From assembly GCA_963793265.1 (NCBI GenBank), contig CAWBZI010000004.1, forward strand, positions 128,001 through 192,000: a stretch of DNA of 64,000 nucleotides. The letters run 5' to 3'. Position 1 is the first letter of the stretch. Each line of letters opens with the position of its first letter. The translations under genes were made by a program, and so were the position numbers. This stretch comes from an uncultured cyanobacterium. GTDB taxonomy: Bacteria > Cyanobacteriota > Cyanobacteriia > Phormidesmidales > Phormidesmidaceae. Under the pieces are notes generated by a model that did not search any database, had not been told where the DNA came from, and saw only the letters and a list, made by a program, of their open reading frames with translations. Below, one piece after another: positions 19,738 to 29,988 of the stretch.

Positions 19738-21201
19738 ATGGATTACGAACGGATTAAGTACGAGACTGAAACGTCCCCTGCGCTGAAGCTGATTAAAAGC
19801 CAGAATGTTGCGTTTACCGTGAGCTTTTTACATAAGCAGTTCAAAACAGCGCATCGGGTTTCTGTAGCGCAGCTAGAGCTAGAGGAGAAGCTGGAGGACT
19901 ATATTGAGTATTTGCAGGGAGGGTATGCGGAGCTGAGGCTGAAGGGGGCGAAGGAGTATTTGAATGATTGGTGTAATGCGCAATGGCTGCGGAAGACGTT
20001 TGAGGATACGAGTGAGGCGGGCGATGAGCCGGTTTTTAGCCTCACGCCTGAGACGGAAAAGGCGATCGCCTGGCTAGAAGATTTGCAGCAGCGAAACGAC
20101 TTTATTGGCACGGAGTCTCGCTTTTTACAGATTGTGTCGCTGCTTAAAGAGATTAAAGAAGGAAGTACCGTTGATGTAGAGGCGCGGGTTGCGCAGCTAG
20201 AGCAGGATAAGGCGAAAATTCAGCAGGAGATTGATACGATTCGAGAAGCTGGCAAAGTCGATCCGTTTAATGAGACGCAGCTACGAGAGCGGTTTATGTC
20301 GGCAAATAGTCTGACGCGCCAGCTAATGAGTGACTTTCGGGCGGTGGAGGCGAAGTTTCGAGAGCTGACTCGGAAGGTGCAGGCGGATCAGCTAGAGATT
20401 GGTAGCCGTCGGGGTACGGTGGTGGGGCGAGTGCTAGATGCTGATGAGGCGCTTAAGGAGTCTGATCAGGGGCGGAGCTTTGAGACTTTTTTTAGATTTT
20501 TGATGTCGGAGAGTAAGCAACGCGAGCTAAAGGAGACGATTGCGGCGGTGTATGAACTGGATGCATTGCGATCGCTGACTAAAAACCAGGGCTTTCTGAG
20601 GCGAATTGTCCGAAACCTGCTCAACTCTGCCGATCACATTGTCGAGTCTAACCGTCGGCTCACTGAAAAGCTGCGGCAGATGCTTGACGAACGCAATATG
20701 CGAGAGAATCGGCGGGTGGCGGACTTGATTGTAGAGGTGCAAAGACTTTCTACACAGATAGCCAGTAGCGCGATAGACGAGAAGCGATTTTGGACAATAG
20801 AAGGCGCACCTGATATTAGTTTGGTGATGGAGCGACCGCTGCATCCGCTGGAAGAAAGCGAGGTGCCGACTTTTGCAGAAGTGAATTTTTCAGAGGCCGA
20901 TGACGATGAGCTAGAAGCAGAGCTAGACGAGCTAGCGCAACAGTTTTATGTGGATGAGCTGGTGCTGGCTGAGCGAATTGATAAAGCATTAGAGGACAGG
21001 GCTAAGATTGCGCTAACGGAGCTGATTGCGCTGTATCCGGTGACAAAAGGACTGCCGGAGGTGGTGGGCTACCTTTCGCTGGCAACGAGATCTGAACAGC
21101 ATTCTATAAGTTCTAGTACTATTGACTTATTAACGATTGAGGGGGTAGAGGCCGACACGCATTTGAAGCTGAAGCTGCCTCAAGTTGTTTTCTACCGGTA
21201 G
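19738..21201 (+). CDS. jetA: Wadjet JetA (DUF3375-like)
   Basis: FIGTESRF, SDQGRSFETF, YPVTKGLPEVVGYL; first gene of the jetABCD order; ATG at 19738 preferred. Confidence 0.88.
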   Translation: MDYERIKYETETSPALKLIKSQNVAFTVSFLHKQFKTAHRVSVAQLELEEKLEDYIEYLQGGYAELRLKGAKEYLNDWCNAQWLRKTFEDTSEAGDEPVFSLTPETEKAIAWLEDLQQRNDFIGTESRFLQIVSLLKEIKEGSTVDVEARVAQLEQDKAKIQQEIDTIREAGKVDPFNETQLRERFMSANSLTRQLMSDFRAVEAKFRELTRKVQADQLEIGSRRGTVVGRVLDADEALKESDQGRSFETFFRFLMSESKQRELKETIAAVYELDALRSLTKNQGFLRRIVRNLLNSADHIVESNRRLTEKLRQMLDERNMRENRRVADLIVEVQRLSTQIASSAIDEKRFWTIEGAPDISLVMERPLHPLEESEVPTFAEVNFSEADDDELEAELDELAQQFYVDELVLAERIDKALEDRAKIALTELIALYPVTKGLPEVVGYLSLATRSEQHSISSSTIDLLTIEGVEADTHLKLKLPQVVFYR

Positions 21202-21206
21202 GTTTA

Positions 21207-21812
21207 ATGTCGCCAGGTTTAACGTCGCCGGATAGGCCGCCGCCCTATGCGCCTGTTGTGATCAAGCTGCTGCAAGGCGTTGTGTACAGTGACGATTCGC
21301 CTTATTGGGATCTGCTACAAAGCTATCTCACGCCTGTGAGCGAGTATTTTAGCAAAATCGGTCTGCTTGTACAAAACTACGAGACTCAAGGCTTTGCTTT
21401 TTTAGAACAGCCTGATCCAGACCCGGACGATCCGCCCGGTGAACGGCTGCCTCGCCTGACGATTCGGCACCGGCTGAGCTTTAAAGCGACGGTGTTTTAT
21501 GTGCTGTTGCGCGAGCAGCTTCGGCAGTTTGATGCGAGCGATGAAACGGGGCGGCTGGTGATGAGTATGGAGGAGCTACGCGATATGCTTGCGCCTTATT
21601 TGCCGGAGGGGAATAACGAGGTTAAGTTTCGCAGTGAAGTGAAAAGGATGGTGAATTCGGCTGTTAAAGATATGGGCTTTTTGAAGCCGCTGTCGGGCTC
21701 AGAAGATAATTATGAGGTGCGTCCGATTATTAAGGCCAAGATTGATGCTGAAATGTTGGAGAGGCTAAAGGAAAAACTGGAAGATTATGCAGATGCGCTC
21801 ATCGACGACTGA
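21207..21812 (+). CDS. jetB: Wadjet JetB (DUF4194-like)
   Basis: VIKLLQGVVY, YFSKIGL..GFAFLEQ, YEVRPIIKAKID; lies between jetA and the SMC ATPase. Confidence 0.88.
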   Translation: MSPGLTSPDRPPPYAPVVIKLLQGVVYSDDSPYWDLLQSYLTPVSEYFSKIGLLVQNYETQGFAFLEQPDPDPDDPPGERLPRLTIRHRLSFKATVFYVLLREQLRQFDASDETGRLVMSMEELRDMLAPYLPEGNNEVKFRSEVKRMVNSAVKDMGFLKPLSGSEDNYEVRPIIKAKIDAEMLERLKEKLEDYADALIDD

Positions 21813-24800
21813 TTTGTTTGAAGCAGAGACGGCTCCAGAAAGTACAGAAGAGGAGACTACAGACGCGCTGGCGGGCTTTCGGCTGCAACGGCTAGAAGTG
21901 TTGAACTGGGGCACGTTTGACCAGCGGCCCTGGTCTTTGGATTTGGCGGGTGGTACGTCTTTGCTCACGGGTGAGAATGGGTCGGGGAAGTCTACGCTGG
22001 TAGATGGGCTGCTGACGCTGCTGGTGCCGAATAGAGGGCGAAACTACAATCAGGCTTCGGGGGATGCGGGGAAGAAGAAGGAGCGGAATGAGAAGAGCTA
22101 TGTGCAGGGGGCGTATGCTAGAACGCGCTCGGAAGAAGGCTATGAATCTAAGTCCAAGTATTTGAGAGAGAAAGGCGATATTTCGGTATTGCTGGCTTAT
22201 TTTAGCGATCGCACTCTACAAAAGGAAGTATCTCTAGCGCAGGTGCTTTGGATAGATAAGGGCAGCGTACGAAAGTTTTTTGTGATCGCTGATGCTGAGC
22301 TAAGAATGGAGCACTTTACCCAGTGTAAAGATGTCTCTTTGTTGAAGAGAACGCTGAAAGAGAATAACGTTGAGCTGTTTGATAACTTTTCTGTCTACGC
22401 TTTGCAGTTTCGCAGACGGTTTGGACTATCTTCTGATAAGGCGCTCGATCTGTTTAATCAGACGGTGAGCATTAAAGAGATTGACGGGCTCAACAAGTTT
22501 GTGCGCGACCATATGCTAGAAGCTGAGGACATGCGCCCGAAGATTGACGGGCTGCAACAGGGATATGAGAACTTGACGATTTCTCATACGGCGATTAAGA
22601 AAGCGCGGGAGCAGCTAGAGGCGCTGATGCCGCTGACGAAAGATGCAGATAAGTACCAAAAGCTTGAGCGCGAGGTGGCTTCGTTAGAGCGGGCTAAGGT
22701 GGTTGCGCCTGCTTTTTTTGCGGCTCGAAAGCTTGAGCTTCTGGTAGATGAGCTGCGAGATATTGAGCGGGAGTTGGGGCGATCGCAGAATGCGAAAGAT
22801 GAGTGCGATCGCCTCTTAAGCACACAGCGTCAGCAGGAGAAAGATCTTGAGTTTGCTATTCAGCAGGACAGCATTGGTCAGCGGCTAAAGGCGCTAAAGC
22901 AGGAGATAGAACAGATTCAAAAGGCGGTGAGACAGAAGCAGGCTGTTGCAAAAGGGTATGACGAGCTAGCTAAGTGGCTTGAGTTTGAGACTTATAGCGA
23001 CAGCGACACGTTTTATAAAAACCGGGACAAGGGAGAAAAGCTGGCTGAGACGATTAGCGGGGATCTGGCTGAGATTGTGAGGCAAAGAGATGCGCAAAAG
23101 CTACAGCAGTCTGAGCTAGAGAAGCAGCGATCGCAGCTAGATGAAGAACTTACGTCCTTGCGCAGCCGCAAAAGTCAGATTCCAAAGCAGACTTTAGATA
23201 TACGCGATCGCCTCACCGAAGCGCTCGATCTTAAGGATGCGGATCTCCCTTTTGTAGGTGAATTGCTTCAGGTGCGCTCTGAAGAAAAAGCTTGGGAAGG
23301 CGCAATTGAAAGGCTGCTGCGTGGATTTGGCCTGTGCTTGCTGGTGCCCGAAGCGCACTACTCGGCGGTGAATGCCTATGTGAACAAAACGAATTTGCGG
23401 GGGCGGCTCGTGTATTACAAGGTGACGCCGGTAGCACCGAATCCGACGAGGCGATCGCTCGACCCCAATCAGATTCCAGCCAAGCTACAGGTCAAGCAAG
23501 ATGACGTATTTTTTGAATGGCTGCGAGAGCGGCTGGTGCAGCAGTTTAACTATGTGTGCTGCACTGGTATTGAGCAGTTTCAGCGAGAGAAACGGGCGAT
23601 TACGCAAGCGGGCTTGATTAAGCATGGAAAGGGACGGCATGAGAAAGATGACAGTTCGAGAATTGATAACCGCAGTCGGTATATCTTAGGGTGGAACAAC
23701 GCGAGTAAAATTAAGGCGTTAGAAGAAGATTTGCAGGCGGTGAATCAGCAGCTTGCGGGTATTGTGAAGGCGATTGAGACGCTGGAGCGGCAGCAGGGGC
23801 AGCGAGAACAGCAGCGGTCTTGGCTGCAAGATTTTATGCGATTTGCTGATTTTGCTGAGATTGATTGGGAGCAGGCTGAGGGCGATCGCTTAGCCCTTGT
23901 GCAGCAAAAGAAGCAGCTAGAAGAAGGCTCTGACAGGCTCAAAAAGCTAGAGGCGCAGCTAAAAGAGATTCAAGTAGAGATAGCGCAGACGAGCGAGAAC
24001 AGAGATCAGGCCGTTAAAAACCATCAGTCGCTTACAGACCGAAAAGACTTCAACGTAAAGGCTCAAAAACAGTGTGAAGTTCTTTCAGCCGCCATACCTG
24101 CTGATGAAATTGAAGCGTTTGCAGCAAAGCACACTAAAAAGCTCAAAACCTATAAGCTGACGCTAGCAACAATTGCGGATGACGCGGCTGATATGAAGGA
24201 TGTGTTGCAGTCATTACTCAGGAAGCGAGAGCAGCAGCAAGGAGAGGTGAAAAATTCAATTGGCCGGTGTTTGGCTAAGTTCAAGGCAGAATTTGTTGAG
24301 GCCACGATGGAGCTTGGCGATGACTACCAGTACTTAGATGAGTATCTGGCGCTGAAAAAGAAGATTGAGCAGGACGATTTGCCGCAGTATGAGAAGCGCT
24401 TCAAGATGCTGATGAACGATACGGTGATTAAAACGTTTTCTATGTTCAAAAGTGATTTGGAGAAGCAAGAAGAAGAGATAGAATTTGCTATTCATGATCT
24501 CAATGAGTCGCTCAGGCAGATTGACTATACCGACAGTACCTATATTGAGCTGCGCTGTGAAAAGACAAAGCATCGCGAGATTAGAGACTTTAAGGAGAGC
24601 TTAAAGTACTGCTTAGGCGACGTGGCGCGTCAGACGCCAGAAGACAATGAGGAGCGCTTTCAGCGGATTCGGACAAACCTGATCGAGCGCTTTAAGGCTG
24701 AAGATAGATGGACAAAGCTGGTGACTGATGTGCGCAACTGGCTGGACTTTTCAGTAAGTGAGCGCTATCGGGAAGATGAGGTGGAAAAAGAGCACCACAC

Positions 24801-25200
24801 GGATTCTTCGGGAAAATCGGGCGGGCAGAAGGTGAAGCTGGCCTATACGATTTTGGCGAGTGCTATTGCCTATCAGTTTGGCCTGACGCAGCATGACGGC
24901 GCAGCTAACGATATATACAATCTCCAAAACCAAAAGACGTTTCGATTCGTTGTAATTGACGAAGCTTTCGGTCGCTCAGATGATGCTAACGCTCGCTATG
25001 CAATGGATCTGTTTAAGAGCTTAGATCTTCAATTGCTCGTGATTACGCCCATGGGCAAAATTAATGTTCTAACGCCCTACATCGATACCCTGCATCTGGT
25101 GTCTAACACCTCTGAGGGTAACTACTCCAAGGTGATTTCTATGTCTATTGAAGAATTTCTGCAGCGTCGGGAGTCGGGAGCTGCGGTGGCTGAATCGTGA
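21787..25200 (+). CDS. jetC: Wadjet JetC SMC-like ATPase
   Basis: LEVLNWGTF, Walker A GENGSGKS, long coiled coil, signature KSGGQ, Walker B VVIDEAF. Confidence 0.93.
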   Translation: MQMRSSTTDLFEAETAPESTEEETTDALAGFRLQRLEVLNWGTFDQRPWSLDLAGGTSLLTGENGSGKSTLVDGLLTLLVPNRGRNYNQASGDAGKKKERNEKSYVQGAYARTRSEEGYESKSKYLREKGDISVLLAYFSDRTLQKEVSLAQVLWIDKGSVRKFFVIADAELRMEHFTQCKDVSLLKRTLKENNVELFDNFSVYALQFRRRFGLSSDKALDLFNQTVSIKEIDGLNKFVRDHMLEAEDMRPKIDGLQQGYENLTISHTAIKKAREQLEALMPLTKDADKYQKLEREVASLERAKVVAPAFFAARKLELLVDELRDIERELGRSQNAKDECDRLLSTQRQQEKDLEFAIQQDSIGQRLKALKQEIEQIQKAVRQKQAVAKGYDELAKWLEFETYSDSDTFYKNRDKGEKLAETISGDLAEIVRQRDAQKLQQSELEKQRSQLDEELTSLRSRKSQIPKQTLDIRDRLTEALDLKDADLPFVGELLQVRSEEKAWEGAIERLLRGFGLCLLVPEAHYSAVNAYVNKTNLRGRLVYYKVTPVAPNPTRRSLDPNQIPAKLQVKQDDVFFEWLRERLVQQFNYVCCTGIEQFQREKRAITQAGLIKHGKGRHEKDDSSRIDNRSRYILGWNNASKIKALEEDLQAVNQQLAGIVKAIETLERQQGQREQQRSWLQDFMRFADFAEIDWEQAEGDRLALVQQKKQLEEGSDRLKKLEAQLKEIQVEIAQTSENRDQAVKNHQSLTDRKDFNVKAQKQCEVLSAAIPADEIEAFAAKHTKKLKTYKLTLATIADDAADMKDVLQSLLRKREQQQGEVKNSIGRCLAKFKAEFVEATMELGDDYQYLDEYLALKKKIEQDDLPQYEKRFKMLMNDTVIKTFSMFKSDLEKQEEEIEFAIHDLNESLRQIDYTDSTYIELRCEKTKHREIRDFKESLKYCLGDVARQTPEDNEERFQRIRTNLIERFKAEDRWTKLVTDVRNWLDFSVSERYREDEVEKEHHTDSSGKSGGQKVKLAYTILASAIAYQFGLTQHDGAANDIYNLQNQKTFRFVVIDEAFGRSDDANARYAMDLFKSLDLQLLVITPMGKINVLTPYIDTLHLVSNTSEGNYSKVISMSIEEFLQRRESGAAVAES

Positions 25201-25375
25201 TTAGTCCTGAAGAGATAAAGAAGAAGGCCGAGCGGTGCTATGAAGACTTTTTGAGAGGGGCGATCGCGCACGAATCTATCTTTCCAATTGATCTACCCAT
25301 TGGCCGCGTTCCTAAGGACTATCTTGAATTGCTCGAAGCGGTCACTGAGCTGATAAATGCCTCGAAAGCGATCGC
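25197..25375 (+). pseudogene. jetD: 5' fragment of Wadjet JetD (DUF3322-like N-terminus), truncated at a HIP1 site
   Basis: GTGA-coupled to the jetC stop; MISPEEIKKKAERCY..FPIDLP resembles the JetD N-terminus; beyond GCGATCGC 25368-25375 the DNA is antisense glgC; no TOPRIM domain. Confidence 0.75.
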
Positions 25376-25852
25376 AATCTCCTTTTCTCTCAAAATTAGA
25401 CTGATAGTAATCAGCGCCCATCAGCAGACTATTCGTAATTGTGCAGCCTGCTTCAATGCGCGAGCGTATGGTCAGGCCACTGATTGAGCAAGATCTATCA
25501 GCACTTGTCGCTTGAATACATAAATCCCCATTGAAGCGATGTAGGGTTTGCTTTGAGCCTCTGCTGGTGAGAGGCCCAAAGAGGCAGTGTCTACCTGCAT
25601 CTGTTGTAGAGCCTCGCCTTTAGGCTTTTCGCTAAAGTCAACAATGCGGCCATCCTCATTCATTTTCATCAGGCCAAAGCTAGAGGCGCGTTCCTCACCC
25701 ACGGGCAGTACTGCTAGGGTGATATCTGCGTCTGTTTCTCGATGTCGATAGATAAAATCTCGATAGTCCATACGATAGAGATGGTCGCCCGATAAAATCA
25801 GGTACTCATCTACATCGTTCTCTTGAAAAAGCGATATGTACTGTCGCACCGC
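25368..25852 (-). pseudogene. glgC: Internal remnant of ADP-glucose pyrophosphorylase with a frameshift and an internal deletion
   Basis: [40 protein letters not shown], then shifted frames LLNQWPDHT and IRSRIEAGCTITNSLLMGADYYQ..DCDR; both termini missing. Confidence 0.92.
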
Positions 25853-25872
25853 TAGGAGAAACGACTTATGGG

Positions 25873-27423
25873 TTACGTCGCGGCATCCGCTGATGTAATT
25901 AAAATGGTGCGGTCTAGGGCTTGGGAGAGCATGTCGCGATCGCCCCTCGCCGCCCATAGCTCAATTGCTAATTCTCCTTCCCCACTAGCAACAATCTCGA
26001 TATCTTTCTCTGAAATATTGCAAGCGATAGACTTCACCTGTTGATTTTTTGCTCTGTCTAACCCGATGGCAATTCTGAGCAGTCCTGCTAGTATCCATAC
26101 GGTTTGTTTTTGCTGGTCAGAAAGCCTTTTGAACTGTTTATGTTTTGATTTGGGATAAGCCTTGCGATGATAGCGAACAACGTGGCCAGTCAGCAGCATT
26201 TCTACGTCAGTGAAGCCGCGCGGCTTCTCTTTTTGAAGAATGTAACGGGAGCTTTTGTGATAGCTTTTGAAGGAGATATATTGACCAATATTGTGAAGCA
26301 GAGAAGCGTATTCTAAAATCTCTTTTTCTGTGTTGCCAAGCTCGTGTAAGGGCTGAGTTTGCTCGAATAGCTGTAGGGCTAAGTTGGCTACGTGACTGTT
26401 GCTCTCCCAGTCTGCTCCGTATTTGTCTACGAGCTGAGCGGCCTTTCGATGACGAAGACTTTCTGTTTCCAAAGAAAAGGTGGCGATGCTTTGCGAATGC
26501 CGTTCGATGTAGTCAAGGATGAGGCCCTCGCGTAAGGACGCTTCGCAAAGGGTGAGTTCTGTTACCTCTGCCATCTTCAATAGCTGTACGAGTAAAACGC
26601 CGCCCAGGTGAATAGCGTCGCTGCGCTTGCTGTTAACGCCGTCTACTTTCTCTCTTTTGCTAGGCTTAAGGCCGATGAGCTGATTTGTGATATCTTCGAT
26701 TTCGCTGAGTTGGACGACTTCGGCGTTAAGGGTTTGAAGGGGCTGTTTGTGGTGCTCTAGGTAGGCGGCTTCGCCCATCGTGCGAATGGTGCCGGAGGTG
26801 CCAATAACGCGGCTGAATCCGGCCTGCTTGGCCTCAGAGATTGGGTTTTGGGCAATAAAGCGGATGTGCGATTCTAAAACGCTGCGGGCTTCTTTGCTGA
26901 TAGCGCCTTCGTCTGGAAACATGTCGAGCAGGCGCAGTACGCCGAGCTTCATGCTGGTGCCAAAGAGAATATCCTGGCGGTTGCCGACAACGGCTTCGGT
27001 GCTGCCGCCGCCAATATCGAGGACAAGCGCGTTCTCGCCTTTTTCAAGGGCGATCGCGTTCCTCACTGCCAAAAAAATCAGCCGCGCTTCTTCCTTGCCT
27101 GAAATAATGCGCGGCCTGATGCCTGTACGCCGCACGACTTCTTTTAAAAACGCCTCGCCATTTTGCGCCTCTCTCGTGGCGCTGGTCGCTGCGGTGATGA
27201 TTTCGTCTACACCGAGTTCTTCGGCTAGGCGAACGTAGCGCTCGATGGTGTCGAGGCCAAGCTTGTAGGCGCGATCGCTCAACCGATTGGTGGCAAACAC
27301 GCCTGCGCCTAGTTTCGCCATTTCCTTAACGCGATCAATCACCTCAAAGTTGCGCTTTTGCAGCACTTTGACGACCACCATATGAATGGAGTTGGTGCCA
27401 ATATCAATTGCTGCTAACTTCAT
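25873..27423 (-). CDS. ppx: Ppx/GppA exopolyphosphatase with C-terminal HD-like domain
   Basis: [48 protein letters not shown]. Confidence 0.92.
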   Translation of the reverse strand: MKLAAIDIGTNSIHMVVVKVLQKRNFEVIDRVKEMAKLGAGVFATNRLSDRAYKLGLDTIERYVRLAEELGVDEIITAATSATREAQNGEAFLKEVVRRTGIRPRIISGKEEARLIFLAVRNAIALEKGENALVLDIGGGSTEAVVGNRQDILFGTSMKLGVLRLLDMFPDEGAISKEARSVLESHIRFIAQNPISEAKQAGFSRVIGTSGTIRTMGEAAYLEHHKQPLQTLNAEVVQLSEIEDITNQLIGLKPSKREKVDGVNSKRSDAIHLGGVLLVQLLKMAEVTELTLCEASLREGLILDYIERHSQSIATFSLETESLRHRKAAQLVDKYGADWESNSHVANLALQLFEQTQPLHELGNTEKEILEYASLLHNIGQYISFKSYHKSSRYILQKEKPRGFTDVEMLLTGHVVRYHRKAYPKSKHKQFKRLSDQQKQTVWILAGLLRIAIGLDRAKNQQVKSIACNISEKDIEIVASGEGELAIELWAARGDRDMLSQALDRTILITSADAAT

Positions 27424-27484
27424 GGGCTTTAGTTTTCGCGAAATGTACAGGAACCTTTGGCTTGTTAGCGGCTTTTTAAGGCGA

Positions 27485-27946
27485 CTACAGCGCCTTCTCT
27501 ATAGCTGCTTTTAGTGTAGCGTCGTCGGGCGCGGTGCGAGGGCCAAAGCGCTCTACGGTTTCGCCGTCTTTGTGTACTAAAAACTTGCCGAAGTTCCAGT
27601 CGATATCTGCGCCATCACCGATTAAGAACTGATAGAGGGGGCTGCGGTTTGTGCCGTTCACATCTTGCTTTTCGAGCAGGGTAAAATCTACGTCGTACTT
27701 GGATTTGGCGAAGTCTTTGATTTCTGCCGGGCTACCGGGCTCCTGCCCGCCGAACTGATTGCAGGGAACGCCGACGATGACAAGACCGCGGTCGCCATAT
27801 TCTTTTTCTAGGGCAACCAGACCGTTGTACTGAGGGGTGAGGCCGCACTTGCTGGCGACGTTGACAAATAGGACGACTTTGTTTGCGATCGCATCAGCAG
27901 GAAGTGCTGTGCCGTCGAGGGTAGTTAGATTATTAGGTAAAGCCAT
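27485..27946 (-). CDS. Glutathione peroxidase (Cys type)
   Basis: NVASKCGLTPQY, PCNQFGGQEPG, WNFGKFL; ATG at 27946 preferred. Confidence 0.95.
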   Translation of the reverse strand: MALPNNLTTLDGTALPADAIANKVVLFVNVASKCGLTPQYNGLVALEKEYGDRGLVIVGVPCNQFGGQEPGSPAEIKDFAKSKYDVDFTLLEKQDVNGTNRSPLYQFLIGDGADIDWNFGKFLVHKDGETVERFGPRTAPDDATLKAAIEKAL

Positions 27947-28148
27947 GTTTGATTCCAAGGTTGTAGGTTGGGGCACCGCTCAGAGATAATCTATCGAGCT
28001 ATGCAAGCGCTTATTGTAGGCGTCTTGAAGACAGTCTGTCTATGGAATAAGATATTGTCTTTTTTAAAAGCGCCGTTCATAATCAGATCATCTGTGAGAG
28101 AAGGCGTACCGTATGGTTTCTTCTCTAATTATATTTAGGAGAAGATCT

Positions 28149-29135
28149 ATGGGGCTTTTGATAGACGGAAAGTGGCAAGACAAGTGGTACGACACTGAAA
28201 GCACAGGCGGTAAGTTTGAGCGTAAGGCATCGCAATTTCGTAATTGGATAACGTCGGATGGAAGTGCTGGGCCGAGTGGGAAAGGTGGCTTTGCTGCTGA
28301 GCCAAATCGATACCATTTGTACATTTCGTACGCTTGCCCATGGGCGCATCGAACGATGATTTTTCGGGCTCTGAAGGGGCTTGAGGAGATGATTCCTTTT
28401 TCTTCTGTGGATTGGTTTATGGGCGATCGCGGTTGGACGTTTCAGTCAGACGAAGCGGTGGTTAAAGATCCGCTGTTTAATTCTGAATACGCCTACGAAA
28501 TTTACACCCAAGCTGATAAGAACTATACCGGACGAGTAACGGTGCCGATTCTTTGGGATAAGCAGACCGGAACGATTGTGAATAATGAGTCTTCTGAAAT
28601 TATTCGTATGTTCAACAGCGCCTTTGATGAGGTGGGCGCTAAGGAAGGAGACTACTATCCAGAGGCGCTGAGAGCTGAAATTGATGAGGTAAATGACCGC
28701 GTTTATCACACTGTAAATAATGGTGTGTACAAGTGTGGATTTGCGACGACGCAAGCGGCTTATGAAGAAGCGCTTTATCCTTTATTTGAGAGCTTGGACT
28801 GGCTAGAAGAAAGACTTTCAACCCGCCGCTACTTAATGGGCGATAAGCTGACTGAGGCAGACTGGCGGCTATTTACGACGCTGGTGCGATTCGATCCTGT
28901 GTATGTGGGCCACTTTAAATGCAATGTCCGCCGAATTGTAGACTATCCGAATCTATGGGGATATGTGCGTGAGCTGTATCAAATGCCAAAGATTGCGGAT
29001 ACCGTTGATTTTTCGCATATTAAGCAGCACTACTACAAAAGCCACGAAACGATAAATCCAACAAGGATCGTACCAGTCGGGCCAGTGCTTGACTTGATGG
29101 CCCCTCATGAGCGAGACAGACCTTTTGGGAGATAG
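28149..29135 (+). CDS. yqjG: Glutathionyl-hydroquinone reductase (YqjG/ECM4-type GST)
   Basis: YISYACPWAHR, RVTVPILWD, NNESSEI, NNGVYKCGFA, RFDPVY, IKQHYY; ATG at 28149. Confidence 0.93.
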   Translation: MGLLIDGKWQDKWYDTESTGGKFERKASQFRNWITSDGSAGPSGKGGFAAEPNRYHLYISYACPWAHRTMIFRALKGLEEMIPFSSVDWFMGDRGWTFQSDEAVVKDPLFNSEYAYEIYTQADKNYTGRVTVPILWDKQTGTIVNNESSEIIRMFNSAFDEVGAKEGDYYPEALRAEIDEVNDRVYHTVNNGVYKCGFATTQAAYEEALYPLFESLDWLEERLSTRRYLMGDKLTEADWRLFTTLVRFDPVYVGHFKCNVRRIVDYPNLWGYVRELYQMPKIADTVDFSHIKQHYYKSHETINPTRIVPVGPVLDLMAPHERDRPFGR

Positions 29136-29143
29136 CACCCGAT

Positions 29144-29175
29144 AAAAGCGCCCGGATGATGTACCCAGGCGCTTA
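29144..29175. terminator. Probable bidirectional terminator between convergent genes
   Basis: AAGCGCC..GGCGCTT stem between the yqjG and CAP-protein stop codons. Confidence 0.5.
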
Positions 29176-29223
29176 TGAAAACAAGCTCTACAGATGAGCT
29201 ATGTGCAGTTGTTAGATAGCGGT

Positions 29224-29865
29224 TTATCGAGAGCCGAATACCTGAGTCCAGTACCAGCGACCGTTTTTGGCATAGCCAACGCCCAGCGCCCGGTAGCTAG
29301 GATTAAGGAGATTTCGGCGGTGCCCTGGACTTTTCATCAAACTGTTCATCACTTCGCCCACAGAGTTTTGGCCATAGGCTACGTTTTCGGCAATACCGCC
29401 TGAATAGCCCTGTCTGCGAGTGCGATCGCCCAGCGATGAGCCTTTCGATCCGGTGTGGCTCATGCGTTTATGCCGGGCCATGTCTGTAGAGTGCAGGTGC
29501 GCTGCCATCATCAGCCGTCTGTCAATCCTCAGCGAAGGTCTACCGTACTTGCGCCGAACGCGGTTCACGGCATTGAGCATAGCAGTTGCCGTTTTGGACA
29601 CTCGCGCTGCCCTAGTTTTAACCTCTTCTTCTAGATCTTCAGGCTCGGATGTGAGATCTTCTGGAGACGATTCTTCTGTATCCTCTTCTAACTGATCTAT
29701 CTGCTTCAACAGTTCGACTAGCTCACTATCGGCAAGCGCCTCCTCTTCTTGTACAGTAACTTCGCTACCTTGCTCATCAACTGCGATCGCCTCACAGATA
29801 TCAAAGTCGGTAGATGTTTCCGGCTCGTTCAAAGTAGCCGTAGTCTGAATCTCTTTCTCGCTCAT
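29224..29865 (-). CDS. CAP/SCP-domain protein with acidic N-terminal region
   Basis: AAHLHSTDMA..MSHTGS, AENVAYGQ, KSPGHRRNLL, YWTQVFG; AGGAG SD before ATG at 29865. Confidence 0.9.
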   Translation of the reverse strand: MSEKEIQTTATLNEPETSTDFDICEAIAVDEQGSEVTVQEEEALADSELVELLKQIDQLEEDTEESSPEDLTSEPEDLEEEVKTRAARVSKTATAMLNAVNRVRRKYGRPSLRIDRRLMMAAHLHSTDMARHKRMSHTGSKGSSLGDRTRRQGYSGGIAENVAYGQNSVGEVMNSLMKSPGHRRNLLNPSYRALGVGYAKNGRWYWTQVFGSR

Positions 29866-29988
29866 GACTGAACTCCTGTTCAATAGTTTAATTAATTGTT
29901 TTATCTTCTTTTCTCTCTTTAGTTTGAAAGAGATCGTGTTGAGAAGATGTCTTAAAGTTAAACGCTGATAGAAGCCATCGCATCTTAT

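Noticed and set aside
25376..25487. C-terminal part of the 96-aa ORF 25197..25487 as JetD
   Set aside because: It is read-through into antisense glgC sequence beyond the HIP1 junction
25853..25957. N-terminal part of ORF 25472..25957 as a genuine glgC start
   Set aside because: It overlaps the ppx 3' end out of frame and has no GlgC similarity before AVRQY
27485..27946. Selenoprotein glutathione peroxidase (or Sec-containing SelD), given the nearby selD
   Set aside because: Active sites are Cys-encoded (VASKCG; HCSGCGSK) with no in-frame TGA
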